Made by a program: the position numbers and the translations under genes
In this document: positions 30,424 to 41,228 of the stretch, piece by piece
How positions within the stretch are numbered: position 1 is the first letter of the stretch
Layout of the letters: every line of letters starts with the position of its first letter
Assembly: GCA_965198115.1 (NCBI GenBank)
Contig: OZ240241.1
Location: 3,936,001-4,000,000 of the forward strand
Length of the DNA: 64,000 bases
Direction of reading: 5' to 3'
Source: Candidatus Latescibacterota bacterium
GTDB lineage: Bacteria > Latescibacterota > UBA2968
Notes under the pieces: model-generated
The model's database searches: none
Told to the model about the DNA's origin: nothing
What the model saw: the letters and a program-made list of their open reading frames with translations, nothing else

Positions 30424-31215
30424 CTAAATCACCTGATCGGCAATTAACCGGTCCGCCAGGGTCTTCGCGGCGTCGGCCGGGTCGCCGTCGATCAACTCGA
30501 GGCTCGCATCGCGTACGGGGGGAAGTGAGAGGTCCGAACGGATGAGCTGGGATCCGGCTTCTCCGACACGATCGGCTTCCAACCCGAGATCGCCGATCGT
30601 CCAGACGGGGATATCCGCGTTAGCCGCCTTCCGAATCCCGATGAACGTCGGGTAGCGTGGCTCGTTGATCTCCTTCACGACCGTCACCACGGCGGGCAGC
30701 GTCGACGATATCGTCTCGCGCCCATTCTCGAGCAACCTGACCGCATTGAGACTACCCTCCGACGGATCGACCGACAACTCGGCGACATACGAAATCGGCG
30801 GAACACCGAGTAACGCCGCAACCTGAACGGCCGTCGCCGCGTGGTTGTCGTCGATCGATGCACGTCCCCCGACGATGAGGTCGAAATCTCCCACCTTATG
30901 AATGGCCGCCACCAGCACACGTGCGGTCGCGAGGCTGTCGCTGCCCTCCAGCGCCTCATCGGAGATCAGGATGGCTTCGTCTGCCCCCATCGCGAGCCCT
31001 GTCTTCAGCGCCTCGGCCGCCTCCGGCTCGCCCACGGACAGCACCGTCACCTTTCCGCCGTGCGCTTCCTTCAGCTGAATCGCGGTCTCCAGCGTATACT
31101 CGTCCCAAGGATTGACGATGCGCGGCTGGCCCTCCTGCATCAGCTGAAGGCCATCGACCGTCCCCGAAAGCTGGGCAGTGTCGGGCACCTGTTTGACGAG
31201 AGCGATGATGTTCAT
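30424..31215 (-). CDS. etfB: Electron transfer flavoprotein beta subunit
   Basis: VKQVPDT, NPWDEY.LE.A, LAMGAD and INEPRYP motifs. Confidence 0.95.
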   Translation of the reverse strand: MNIIALVKQVPDTAQLSGTVDGLQLMQEGQPRIVNPWDEYTLETAIQLKEAHGGKVTVLSVGEPEAAEALKTGLAMGADEAILISDEALEGSDSLATARVLVAAIHKVGDFDLIVGGRASIDDNHAATAVQVAALLGVPPISYVAELSVDPSEGSLNAVRLLENGRETISSTLPAVVTVVKEINEPRYPTFIGIRKAANADIPVWTIGDLGLEADRVGEAGSQLIRSDLSLPPVRDASLELIDGDPADAAKTLADRLIADQVI

Positions 31216-31240
31216 TTTAGATTTTGACTTAACGTCAGCC

Positions 31241-31398
31241 ATGCGTCCCTAGTGCACAATGCGTCCCTGTGCACAGCCCTTCGACTACGCTCAGGACAGG
31301 CGCCGGGACGAGCACGGACGCATCCTTTTTTTAAACGAAAACGCGCCACGCTCGCCCTCGTCCCTTCGACTCCGCTCAGGACTGCACGAGGGCGCTAT
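31241..31398. repeat. Composite palindromic repeat; 52 bp (31347-31398) identical to 34877-34928
   Basis: CACGCTCGCCCTCGTCCCTTCGACTCCGCTCAGGACTGCACGAGGGCGCTAT at both loci, plus a shared ATGCGTCCCTGTGC...GGGACGAGCAC unit. Confidence 0.85.
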
Positions 31399-31417
31399 AC
31401 CAGGGCGGGCAACCGCT

Positions 31418-32626
31418 TCACTCTTCCGCCTGCCACACCTCAGCATCATACGGTGGCAACTCACACCTCAACGGCCGGTCCACACGATCTCCCAGCAGGT
31501 AACTCGCCTGCACCAGCTGATGGATCTGTGAAGTTCCCTCATAGATCTGTGCGCCCTTGCTGTTGCGCAGGTGTCGCTCGACGTTATACTCGTCCGAGAA
31601 TCCGTAGGCCCCGTGAATCTGGACGGCATCGTTGGCCGTCGTGTTCGCTGCATCCGTACAGAACCACTTCGCCATGCTCGTCTCGCGCGTGTTACGAATC
31701 CCCTCGTTTTTCATCCATCCGACCTTCCGCACGAGCAATTCACCGATGTCGATACGCTGCTGCATCAGCGCCAGCATCTGCTGAACGAGCTGATGCTCTG
31801 CGATCGGCTTTCCGAACGTCTTGCGCTCCCGGGCGTACTTCACGGACTCCTCGAGGCACGCCTTCATCGTGCCCACGCCGCCTGCCGCGACCGTGAACCT
31901 GCCGTTGTCGAGCGCGCTCATCGCAACCTTGAAACCCTCGCCCTCCTCACCGATTCGGTGAGATACGGGCACAGCCACGTTCTCCATATTGACCCATCCG
32001 GTATTGCTCGCGCGTGCGCCAAGCTTGCCTTCGATCGTACCGGTCGTCAGGCCCGGCCATCCACGCTCCAGGATGAACGCCGTCATACCCCGTACGCCGG
32101 CCTCTGGATCGGTCTTGACCACCACCAGAAACCGGTCCGCGATATCCGCCAGCGTAATCCACATCTTTTCGCCGTTCAGCAGGTATTCATCACCCTCCCG
32201 TACGGCGCGGCTCGTCATCGCACCCACGTCTGAACCTGCGCCAGGCTCAGTCAGCCCGAAGCACGCGATCTTTTCACCCGTCGCCACCGGCGGGATGAAC
32301 CGCTCCTTCTGCGCGTCCGTGCCCCACTGGAAGACCGGCATCGCGTGTAAGGCCAGCGTGACCGCCAGCGTTTCCCGCACAGATGTGTCGGCCCACTCGA
32401 GTGCCTCAGACACGATCCCCAGGGACGTGTAGTCCATACCCGCCCCGCCGAATCGCGCGGGCAGGCACACACCCAGAAAGCCCTGACCGGCCAGTTTGGG
32501 CAGCAACTCATCAGGAAAGGTGTGGTTTCGATCGTGGTCTCGGATGATCGGCATGATCTCCTTACGAGCGAAGTCGTAGACCATGTCTTGAATCATCTTG
32601 TGTTCTTCGGTCAGTTCGAAGTCCAT
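31418..32626 (-). CDS. Acyl-CoA dehydrogenase
   Basis: [35 protein letters not shown] and IYEGTSQI motifs. Confidence 0.95.
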   Translation of the reverse strand: MDFELTEEHKMIQDMVYDFARKEIMPIIRDHDRNHTFPDELLPKLAGQGFLGVCLPARFGGAGMDYTSLGIVSEALEWADTSVRETLAVTLALHAMPVFQWGTDAQKERFIPPVATGEKIACFGLTEPGAGSDVGAMTSRAVREGDEYLLNGEKMWITLADIADRFLVVVKTDPEAGVRGMTAFILERGWPGLTTGTIEGKLGARASNTGWVNMENVAVPVSHRIGEEGEGFKVAMSALDNGRFTVAAGGVGTMKACLEESVKYARERKTFGKPIAEHQLVQQMLALMQQRIDIGELLVRKVGWMKNEGIRNTRETSMAKWFCTDAANTTANDAVQIHGAYGFSDEYNVERHLRNSKGAQIYEGTSQIHQLVQASYLLGDRVDRPLRCELPPYDAEVWQAEE

Positions 32627-32926
32627 CCTTGTTCTCCCCTACCGCTCCGAGAAAAGCCGTCTTTCCCTTTTACCTTTTTGCTTTCCACTTCTTACTTCCG
32701 GCCGCTAGGCCGAATGATCGTGCTTGCCAGAATGCCGATCCGTACGCTTTCTGCAGGCAGAAGGGCGGCCAAAAGGATAACACGAAAGAATGCCACGCAC
32801 CTTTGCTTTTTCCAATCCGTGCAGGGAGCTTGCGCATCCCGCGAGTAGACAGCCAGAAAGCAACGCCGGCGGACCCCCTCAGCAGGCAGCTGTGTCTGCG
32901 TTCTCATTAACAATGGGAGTTAACCG

Positions 32927-33463
32927 ATGAGAAATCGATTGCTCAATCTGACGCTGGTCCTCTGCCTGGGTCCTCTGGCAATCGGATGCGGCGGATACAA
33001 CCTGGTTATCGATGAGGCCAAGGTACTTGAACTGGACGCCAATCGTATCGCGTATACCATCACTGTGAAGAACGAAGAACACAGTGGGGCCTACTGCGGA
33101 AACGAGCGGTTTTACGGATCAGCAGCGGTGAGCGTCCTCTTGGCCAACGAACCTACCCGTGACGCGTCCGTAGTCAAGGCGGCGGGTGGTGCGGGAACCT
33201 TCGGAACCGCGCTGCCAGGCGATCCCAATGCCGCATACGGTTTCCGAGTTCTCGAAGTGGGCGAGGCGAGCAGCATCTACTTTAGCAATGTGAACCCCGA
33301 GGGTGGTATCGACTTGAATTTGACTCCTTACCTGGTGATCACACTCAGATCGAGCACTGAACCCTCCTATTTTGCCACGCACAACACAGGTACATCGAAC
33401 TTCGGCTGCATCCGCTATGGAGAGATCCAGATCATCGATCTGCGTACTCTTTCCTTACCCTAA
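32927..33463 (+). CDS. Hypothetical lipoprotein
   Basis: RBS GGGAG, signal peptide with lipobox LAIGC, beta-rich body. Confidence 0.65.
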   Translation: MRNRLLNLTLVLCLGPLAIGCGGYNLVIDEAKVLELDANRIAYTITVKNEEHSGAYCGNERFYGSAAVSVLLANEPTRDASVVKAAGGAGTFGTALPGDPNAAYGFRVLEVGEASSIYFSNVNPEGGIDLNLTPYLVITLRSSTEPSYFATHNTGTSNFGCIRYGEIQIIDLRTLSLP

Positions 33464-33612
33464 CGCCGAAGCTCGCGTGGGCCACCACCTAAACCGAAAT
33501 GGGCAAAGCCGGAATCTCCATCAGTCATCCGCGACTTCCGTTCAGTCCGAATCCTCCAGACTCACGCGGGAAGACACAAGCATGCAGGTGAACACACCAG
33601 AGGAGTTGTCTG

Positions 33613-34803
33613 ATGTCGGGGGCCCTTGAAGGTATCCGGGTTCTCGATATGTCCAGGCAGCTTGCCGGGCCCGGGTGTGCGATGATGTTGGGCGATCTGG
33701 GGGCAGACGTCATCAAGGTCGAACGTCCCGGTGTCGGAGACGAAACGCGATCTTGGGGTCCCCCCTTCGTCGAAGGCGAATCGGCCTACTACCTGTGCAC
33801 GAATCGAAACAAGCGCAGCCTCACGCTGAACCTGAAGGACGAACGAGGCGTGGCCATCGCGCGGCGTTTGGTGAAAGAGAGCGACGTGCTGATCGAGAAC
33901 TTTCGGATCGGCCGCCTGGGCGAGATGGGGCTGGGATACGAAGATCTGAAGGCAGGGAGCCCGCGACTGATCTACTGTTCCATCAGCGGCTTTGGCCACA
34001 CCGGTCCCGACCGGGATCTCCCCGGCTACGACTTTATGATCCAAGCCCGCGGTGGGTTTATGTCCATCACCGGCGAAGAAGACGGCCAACCCACAAAGGT
34101 GGGTGTGGCCATCGCCGACATTGCCGCCGGACTCTTTGCCAACTCCGCTGTCCTCGCCGCCCTCTACGCCCGGGAAAAGACGGGCAGAGGACAGCATCTC
34201 GACATGGCGCTGATGGACGCGCAGGTCGCCTTGCTGGCGAACGTCGGTAGCGGCGCGCTCTGCACGGGTGAACTGCCCAAGCGCTACGGGAACGCCCATC
34301 CCATGGTTGTTCCTTACCAGACGTTCGAGGCCTCGGACGGCCATCTCGCTCTGGCCATCGGCAACGACCGACAGTTCGCCAGCTTCTGCAAGGCCGCAGG
34401 CAGCCCGGACTGGCCCAGCGACGAACGTTTCGCCACAAACCCGAAACGGGTCGCGAATCGTGACGCGCTGATCGCTGAGATGTCCAGTCTGTTCATGGAA
34501 AGGACCGTCGCCGAATGGTTGTCTCTATGCGCCGAAAATGACGTACCGGCTGGACCCGTCAACACCGTCGACAAAGTGTTCGAAGATCCACAGGTCCAGG
34601 CTCGTGGAATGCTCGTCGAGGTGCCCCACCCGACCGTCGGAACGGCGCGACTCGCCGGATCGCCGATGAACCTTTCAGATACGCCGGTCGAGATACGACG
34701 GCCGCCGCCCCTGCTGGGTGAACATACGGACGAGATTTTGGTGGAGGAGCTGGGGTACTCTGATGGAGAAGTGGACGCACTTAGACGGGATGGAGTTGTG
34801 TAG
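33613..34803 (+). CDS. CaiB/BaiF class III CoA transferase
   Basis: LEGIRVLD, DLGADVIKVERP, NRNKRS and PPLLGEHT motifs. Confidence 0.95.
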   Translation: MSGALEGIRVLDMSRQLAGPGCAMMLGDLGADVIKVERPGVGDETRSWGPPFVEGESAYYLCTNRNKRSLTLNLKDERGVAIARRLVKESDVLIENFRIGRLGEMGLGYEDLKAGSPRLIYCSISGFGHTGPDRDLPGYDFMIQARGGFMSITGEEDGQPTKVGVAIADIAAGLFANSAVLAALYAREKTGRGQHLDMALMDAQVALLANVGSGALCTGELPKRYGNAHPMVVPYQTFEASDGHLALAIGNDRQFASFCKAAGSPDWPSDERFATNPKRVANRDALIAEMSSLFMERTVAEWLSLCAENDVPAGPVNTVDKVFEDPQVQARGMLVEVPHPTVGTARLAGSPMNLSDTPVEIRRPPPLLGEHTDEILVEELGYSDGEVDALRRDGVV

Positions 34804-34811
34804 GTGACGAT

Positions 34812-34928
34812 CAATGCGTCCCTGTGCTGTGCACAGGGACGAGCACAACGCGTTGTTTTTTAATTCATATAAGCGTCACGCTCGCCCTCGTCCCTTCGAC
34901 TCCGCTCAGGACTGCACGAGGGCGCTAT
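34812..34928. repeat. Second copy of the composite palindromic repeat
   Basis: See 31241-31398. Confidence 0.85.
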
Positions 34929-34957
34929 GACAGTCGCATACGGAAAGTGAACACCAG

Positions 34958-37297
34958 ATGAAACACACGATCAACCGGGTAACCATCATCGGTGCTGGGA
35001 CGATGGGGTCCCAGATCGCTGCACACTTTGCGAACGTCGGCATCGACTGTGACCTCCTGGACGTCGTGCCAGACAACGCCCAGGGAGATTCACGCAATGC
35101 CATTGCCCAAGGCGCCGTCGACCGGATGTGCGGGATGAGGGCGCGATCTCCGTTCTACGTGGCGGAGTCGGCCGACCGGATCCGTGTCGGGAATCTCGAG
35201 GATCACGCGGATCGGCTGGACGAGGCGGATTGGGTGATCGAGGCCATCACCGAAAAGCTGGACGCCAAACAGGCGCTCCATCTCCTGGTTGACGAGCATC
35301 GCAAGCCGGGTTCGATCGTCAGCACAAACACGTCCGGGATTCCCATCCACGCGATCGCTGATGGGCGATCCGACGAATTCAGAGCCTGCTTCCTCGGTAC
35401 GCACTTTTTCAACCCGCCTCGCTTCATGCATCTTCTCGAAGTCATTCCGACGTCCGATACCGACCCGGATACGCTGACATCCGTGAGCGAATTCTGCGAG
35501 CGCGTGCTCGGCAAGGGCGTTGTTCGATGCAAGGACACCGCCAACTTCATCGGAAACCGCATCGGCATCTTCGTCATCGCCGACGCCATCCGCGAAATGG
35601 TCGAAATGGGACTGACCATCGACGACGTCGACGCCATCACCGGACCCTCCCTCGGCCGGCCCAGGAGTGGAACCTTCCGGCTGGCCGACCTCGTCGGCAT
35701 CGACATTCTCGTCGATGTGGCGAACAACCTCCCGTCACAAGACGGTGCCCTGCCCGCATTCGTGTCCGAGTTGCTCGATCGAGGCCAGATGGGTGACAAG
35801 ACCGGGAGTGGTTTCTACGAAAAACGTAGAGGCGAAAACGGAAGCGAGATTTGGACGCTCGACTGGCACTCACTCGACTACGTTGCACGGACAAACGTCG
35901 AATTCGAATCGCTTGCGTCGGTCCGTCGAACGCGCGATGTCGCCGAACGCGTTCGAACCCTCGTGAATCACTCGGACGAAGGCGGCGTGTTCGCGTGGCG
36001 TCATCTCAGAAACGTGTTGTGCTACGCCGCATCCTGCATCCCCGAGATCTCCGACGATCTGCAAAGCGTCGACCGCGCGATGAAATGGGGCTTCAACTGG
36101 GAACTTGGGCCGTTCGAGCTGTGGGACGCCGTCGGCGTGCGTGACGCTGCTGAGAGAATGGAGTCGGATGGGTGTAAACCGCCCCCGCTCGTATCGGACC
36201 TCCTTGCATCGGGATCTGATTCGTTCTACTCCAGGGACGGGCACCGGGTCACGATCTTCGACCCATCATCCAAGCAGCCGACGGAGGATGTCCCCCCGTC
36301 CGATCGTGTGAACCTGAATCAACTGCGCGACGGTAGCACGATTCTGTCGAACGAAGGCGCCAGCCTGATCGACCTTGGCGACGGCGTGGCCTGCCTCGAA
36401 TTCCAAACGAAAATGAACATCATCGACGAAGCCGTCGAATCACTGCTCGCAGAATCGATCGACGAAGTCGAACGAAACTTCACCGGCCTCGTCATCGGCA
36501 ATCACGCGGAACACTTTTCCCTCGGCGCCAACCTCGTCTGGATGCTCGAAACGGCACAAGCCAAAGACTGGAAGACACTCGATGCCTTCCTGATCGACCT
36601 TCAGGACCCGTGTATGCGGGCACGCACCATCGCCAAGCCCGTGGTCGCCGCCCCGACAGGCATGGCCCTCGGCGGGGGTGCCGAAATCGTCCTCGGCGCG
36701 GGGGCGGCCTGCGCTGGTGCCGAGACCTACATCGGCCTGGTGGAAGTCAACGTCGGACTGATCCCGGCGGGTGGGGGAAGCAGAGAAATGGCATATCGCT
36801 GTCAGGAAGGGTCGGCGGGGAATCCTGACGCAGTGCTCGCCCGTCTCGAGCAATCATTCCGGGCCATCGTGACGTCTCGGGTATCCGACAATGCCCGCCA
36901 CGCGCAGGCGTTGGGCTATCTGCTCCCGACCGATCGCATCGCCGCCAATCCGAATCGCCATCTCCACGAAGCCAAGCAGATGGTCATCGACCTATCCGAT
37001 GGGTATCGAGCACCGGAACCTCGAGAAGTCTTCGTCCTCGGATCATCCGGTATCGACCGACTGAAGGAAGTGGCGAGAGAAATGCGTGAGGATGAGACGT
37101 TGACAGACTACGATGTCTTCATCGCGGACGAACTCGCCAACGTGGTCTGCGGGGGACGCCTATCCGGACCGGACACGGTCGATGAAGAGCACCTGCTCTC
37201 ACTGGAACGCGAATCCTTCCTGAAACTCTTCGCGAAAGAGAAAACGCACGAACGGATTTCCCACACACTGAAGACGGGCAAGCCGCTGAAGAACTGA
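34958..37297 (+). CDS. fadN: 3-hydroxyacyl-CoA dehydrogenase / enoyl-CoA hydratase fusion (FadN-like)
   Basis: GAGTMG, STNTSGIP, HFFNPPR, FIGNRIG, ALGGGAE, GLVEVNVGLIP and TGKPLKN motifs. Confidence 0.92.
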   Translation: MKHTINRVTIIGAGTMGSQIAAHFANVGIDCDLLDVVPDNAQGDSRNAIAQGAVDRMCGMRARSPFYVAESADRIRVGNLEDHADRLDEADWVIEAITEKLDAKQALHLLVDEHRKPGSIVSTNTSGIPIHAIADGRSDEFRACFLGTHFFNPPRFMHLLEVIPTSDTDPDTLTSVSEFCERVLGKGVVRCKDTANFIGNRIGIFVIADAIREMVEMGLTIDDVDAITGPSLGRPRSGTFRLADLVGIDILVDVANNLPSQDGALPAFVSELLDRGQMGDKTGSGFYEKRRGENGSEIWTLDWHSLDYVARTNVEFESLASVRRTRDVAERVRTLVNHSDEGGVFAWRHLRNVLCYAASCIPEISDDLQSVDRAMKWGFNWELGPFELWDAVGVRDAAERMESDGCKPPPLVSDLLASGSDSFYSRDGHRVTIFDPSSKQPTEDVPPSDRVNLNQLRDGSTILSNEGASLIDLGDGVACLEFQTKMNIIDEAVESLLAESIDEVERNFTGLVIGNHAEHFSLGANLVWMLETAQAKDWKTLDAFLIDLQDPCMRARTIAKPVVAAPTGMALGGGAEIVLGAGAACAGAETYIGLVEVNVGLIPAGGGSREMAYRCQEGSAGNPDAVLARLEQSFRAIVTSRVSDNARHAQALGYLLPTDRIAANPNRHLHEAKQMVIDLSDGYRAPEPREVFVLGSSGIDRLKEVAREMREDETLTDYDVFIADELANVVCGGRLSGPDTVDEEHLLSLERESFLKLFAKEKTHERISHTLKTGKPLKN

Positions 37298-37326
37298 GGA
37301 TCGAAGAGAGATCAGGAATTCGGAGG

Positions 37327-37390
37327 TTGTCTCTCTTGGAGATGTCATCTATACTCTATATGTTCTCAAAATAAGAGCAACTGTTCTCAA
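37327..37390 (+). promoter_or_regulatory. Sigma70-like promoter plus putative autoregulatory operator of the MNT-HEPN operon
   Basis: TTGTCT-N17-TATACT; downstream imperfect dyad TGTTCTCAAAATAAGAGCA and direct repeat TGTTCTCAA (37361, 37382). Confidence 0.6.
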
Positions 37391-37989
37391 TGATAGATCA
37401 AATGGACATCCTCACGGTCCTCACATCGTCGAAATCGAGGTCCACGATCCTCGGCCTCTTCTTTGATTCTCTGCCGGTCACCCTACACCTGCGAGAGGTG
37501 GAACGCCGCACGGGGATCTCCACTGGGACCCTGCACCGCGAATTGGACCGGCTTGTTTCACACGGGCTCTTGAAATCCGAACGGGACGGCAATCGCGTTC
37601 AGTACACTGCGAACAGGGATCACCCCCTCTTCGACACACTTCGCGAACTCGTTCTGAAGACCGTGGGGCTACCCGCCCATATCGCCCAAGCACTGGCTGG
37701 CCTCCCAATCGATGCTGCATTCATCTTCGGTTCTCTACCACGAAACGAAATGAGAGAGGACAGTGACATCGACCTCTTGGTGATCGGTGATACATCGCTG
37801 AAGGACATTGTCTCGCGCCTCCCTCCCGTCGTGAGCAGATCTGGGCGGGAAGTGAACCCCTATGTCCAGAATGAAGAAGAGTTCAAGCGGCGGGTCAGTG
37901 CGGGTGAACACTTCGTCCGATCTGTCCTGGAGAACGAAAAGCTGTTCGTGATTGGGGATGAACGTGTCCTTGAACGACTGGGTGCGTGA
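37390..37989 (+). CDS. wHTH + minimal nucleotidyltransferase (MNT antitoxin)
   Basis: HLREVERRTG..GTLHRELDRL HTH; IFGS...SDIDLLVIG NTase motif. Confidence 0.88.
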   Translation: MIDQMDILTVLTSSKSRSTILGLFFDSLPVTLHLREVERRTGISTGTLHRELDRLVSHGLLKSERDGNRVQYTANRDHPLFDTLRELVLKTVGLPAHIAQALAGLPIDAAFIFGSLPRNEMREDSDIDLLVIGDTSLKDIVSRLPPVVSRSGREVNPYVQNEEEFKRRVSAGEHFVRSVLENEKLFVIGDERVLERLGA

Positions 37990-39783
37990 AGGCTACCTAA
38001 AGCCACACCGAACAAGTCCTCAGGAAGTCAGCAATCTCCTGGCGATCGTTGAACGGGACTTGCAGGATGCGACAGCTACAATCTCCACAGACTGGCAGTT
38101 TGGAATTGCTTACAACGCCGCACTCACGCTCAGCTCGATCGTGCTTCACGCTTCGGGTTACAGAGCTGTCGGACGAGGTCATCACTTCCGAACCATCCAG
38201 TCGCTCTCCCTCATATTGGGTACCGAGACCCGTGACCTTGTCACGAGTTCAGGTCAATAGGTGTGTAAAAGAAATCAGGCGGCCATCTTCCCGGCTTCGA
38301 CCTGCGGTCCGGTTGAGTGTTTCTGATCGTAGACTTGTTGTAGCAAGTGTGGCGCGGTGAGTTTCCTGAATCGGCTCTCTGCGACCTTGAGCGTACGCCA
38401 GATGAGAGTCGTGGCGTTCCTGACTTTCTTGAATCGCCTGGCGGCGTTTGTGCGAAGCCGAACGGAAGCAAAGGGGCTCTCGACGACGTTCGTGGTTCTC
38501 AGGTGTTTCCAGTGTTCCTTCGGGAAGTCGTAGAACGTGACCATCCGATCCCAGTCTCTTTCGAGCGTCTCCACGGCGGCAGGGAACTGTGAGCGATACC
38601 GTGCGGCAAAGCGTTTCCGGAGCTTCTCGGCCTCCTTTTTCGTGCCGGCATAGGGGATCTGGACGAGCAGTGCGCGGGCTTCAGCCTGTGCACGCTTGGC
38701 GACCTTGTCGAGCACGTTGAGGATCTTGTGGTTCCAGCACCGTTGTTGCCGGCTCTCTGGCCAGACCTGATCAACGGCCGCCCAGATGCCCATATTCCCG
38801 TCCGCGGCGATCAGGACAGGATGTTCGAGCCCGCGATCCCGGAGATCCCGGAGCACCGTGAGCCAGGATTCTGTAGACTCTCGATAACCGGGTTCTATCG
38901 CCAGGATCTCCTTGCTGCCGTCGCTCATCGCGCCGATCACGACCAGCAGACACGCCTTCTCGCGCTCGAGCCCGGCTTTGACGTAGATGCCATCAGCCCA
39001 GGCGTAGACCAGTTCGCGATTATCCAGACGCCTTTCTTTCCAGTCCTGGAAGTCGACCTCCCACTTCCCTCGAAGACGAGCGATCGAGGTCGGCGAAAGC
39101 GGCGCGCCATCACCGAGCAGCGCACGCAAAGACAACTCGAAGTCGCCCTGGGAGAGACCGTGGAGATAAAGGTCGGGAAGCAGATCTCCAATGGCCCTGG
39201 TTCTCCGGGCGAACAGGGGGAGGATGCGGCTTTCAAACCGCTCTTCCAGACCACGAACCCGGGGACGCCGGACCTTGATCGTTCCGCAGCTCGTCGAGAG
39301 ACGCCGGGGCTTGCCGTAGCCGTTCCTGTAGCCCGTGGAGCTATCGACCTCGGCTCGGCGCTCATACCACGACCGGCCCAAGAACGCGGTCGCCTCCTCC
39401 TCCAGATGGACTGGAACCGGCTCTGGATCTCTTCACGGATCCAATCGTCAACCGTCTCCCACGTCGGCATGGACTTCAATGGGGTTCTATGCGTATGTTC
39501 CTTCACGGCGATCCTCCTTCCCAACCGGGCCTCTCACCCGGTTTTGTGTGAATCAACTATCTCACGGGAAGGGTAGGGTCGCCCTTTCTCTTTTTCCACA
39601 CCTTTTGATTATAGCTCCCTTGTCACCTACCTGGACACTTGCCGTCGAAAGCGGAACACGGTGGAGTACGACACCATCGGTTCAACGACCGAGCAGGATG
39701 CTGTAGAGTTGAGAGAGACGGTCAATCAACTCTCGGAAACCGTCGTGGCCTGGTTGAGAAACCACCACCCGGAGCTATTGTAG
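37958..39783 (+). pseudogene. HEPN-domain toxin interrupted by IS256-A copy 3
   Basis: Overlaps the MNT stop. N-part AYNAAL..GYR..GHH; after the IS the frame resumes as YLDTCRRKRNTVEYD...HHPELL*. Confidence 0.85.
38245..39617 (-). mobile_element. IS256-A copy 3; transposase has a 1-nt deletion near 39406
   Basis: Reverse-complement copy; TSD CCTTGTCAC (38236-38244, 39618-39626). Confidence 0.95.
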
Positions 39784-39966
39784 CTGATTTCCACCTATTC
39801 GCCCATTCAACTTTCAGATCACGCCGCGTTTGCTATTTCCTGCTTTCAATTTCACCTTTCTGCCAGATGCCACCGACGGAAGAGTCTGCACTCTCATGTA
39901 TTTTGTGTGAGCCTGCCTCGAACGAACGTGAGAGGCGGTTCGTTTTTGCGTTATGAGGATTGAAAA

Positions 39967-40962
39967 ATGGCAAAAATCAAATGGGCACAGGTCGGCACCA
40001 AACACGGTCACGCGGGTGGCAAGATCACGGCCCTCGAGGGCAACCCCAACGTCGAAGTCGCGGGTGTGTTCGAACCAGATTCAGCCCAACGCCACGCCGT
40101 ATCGGGGGGGGATGGTGCATTCTCCAGCGCGAACTGGTTCGACAGTCTGGACGACATCCTGAACGACGATTCGATCGTCGCCGTCGCATCCGAGGGCGAC
40201 AACACGGAGAGTCTCGACCAGACTGAGGCCCTCGTCGACGCCGGGAAACACGTGTGGTACGACAAACCGGCCGGCAACGATTGGGAGCAGTGGCAGCGCG
40301 TCATCGCCGAAGCGGAGAAGAAACAGCTCCTAGTCCAGATGGGCTACATGCTCAGGTATCACGCAGGCTTCAGACAGATCGACGACTGGATCAGGTCCGG
40401 ATTCATGGGCGACGTCACATCCATCCGCGGCCACATGTCAACGAGCGTCGACCGCGAGCGGCGGGAAGAACAGGGCCAAAACTTCAAAGCCGGCATCTTT
40501 TACGATCTCGGCCCGCACATGATCGATCAGGTCGTCTGGATGATCGGACGTCCCGACAAGATCACCTCTTTCCTCCGGAACGACAGCGACGCAAAAAACG
40601 TCGTCGACAACACGCTTACCGTCTACGAAACGGACAGCGCGATCGCTTTCCTCGACATCTCCTCGTTCGAGGCCCGTCCCGCGGCACGGCGGTTCGAGGT
40701 CTATGGGACGAAAGCGAGCGCCATCATCCTCGAACCCTTCGAGCCCGGACCCAAGATCCGTCTGTGCATCGACGAGGCACGCGATGGTTACGTCGCCGGT
40801 GACCAGATCGTCGAAGTCGAAGGCCGATCCCGCCAGGCCCTCTACGAAATCGCGCTACAGGCCTTCCTCGCCACGATCTCCGGCGCACAGAAGCGCGATC
40901 GTCCACACACCCACGAACTACTCGTGCAGGAAACGCTGCTTCGCGCCACAGAGAACATCTAA
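39967..40962 (+). CDS. Gfo/Idh/MocA oxidoreductase
   Basis: AGKHVWYDKP, GYMLRYH and DLGPHMID motifs. Confidence 0.9.
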   Translation: MAKIKWAQVGTKHGHAGGKITALEGNPNVEVAGVFEPDSAQRHAVSGGDGAFSSANWFDSLDDILNDDSIVAVASEGDNTESLDQTEALVDAGKHVWYDKPAGNDWEQWQRVIAEAEKKQLLVQMGYMLRYHAGFRQIDDWIRSGFMGDVTSIRGHMSTSVDRERREEQGQNFKAGIFYDLGPHMIDQVVWMIGRPDKITSFLRNDSDAKNVVDNTLTVYETDSAIAFLDISSFEARPAARRFEVYGTKASAIILEPFEPGPKIRLCIDEARDGYVAGDQIVEVEGRSRQALYEIALQAFLATISGAQKRDRPHTHELLVQETLLRATENI

Positions 40963-41228
40963 ACCACGAAGACACGGAGACACCAAGAAGGACGGGGAAC
41001 ACGAAGGCGCAAAGTTTGAGCGGGAGACGGGGAGGCTGTGGAGCAGGCGTGGCGTCTGCTTTCTCAGTGTCTTTTCCTCGAGTGATTTCTCAGAGATCTC
41101 AGTGGCGCGTCCCGACGTTTTTCGTGTGTTTCGTGTATGGAGCCTGCCTCGAGCGGAGGCGAGAGGTGGTTCGTTTTGGTTTCCTTCCGTTTGGTCCGTG
41201 GTCCCCGTCTTGAAATTAAGGACATCAC

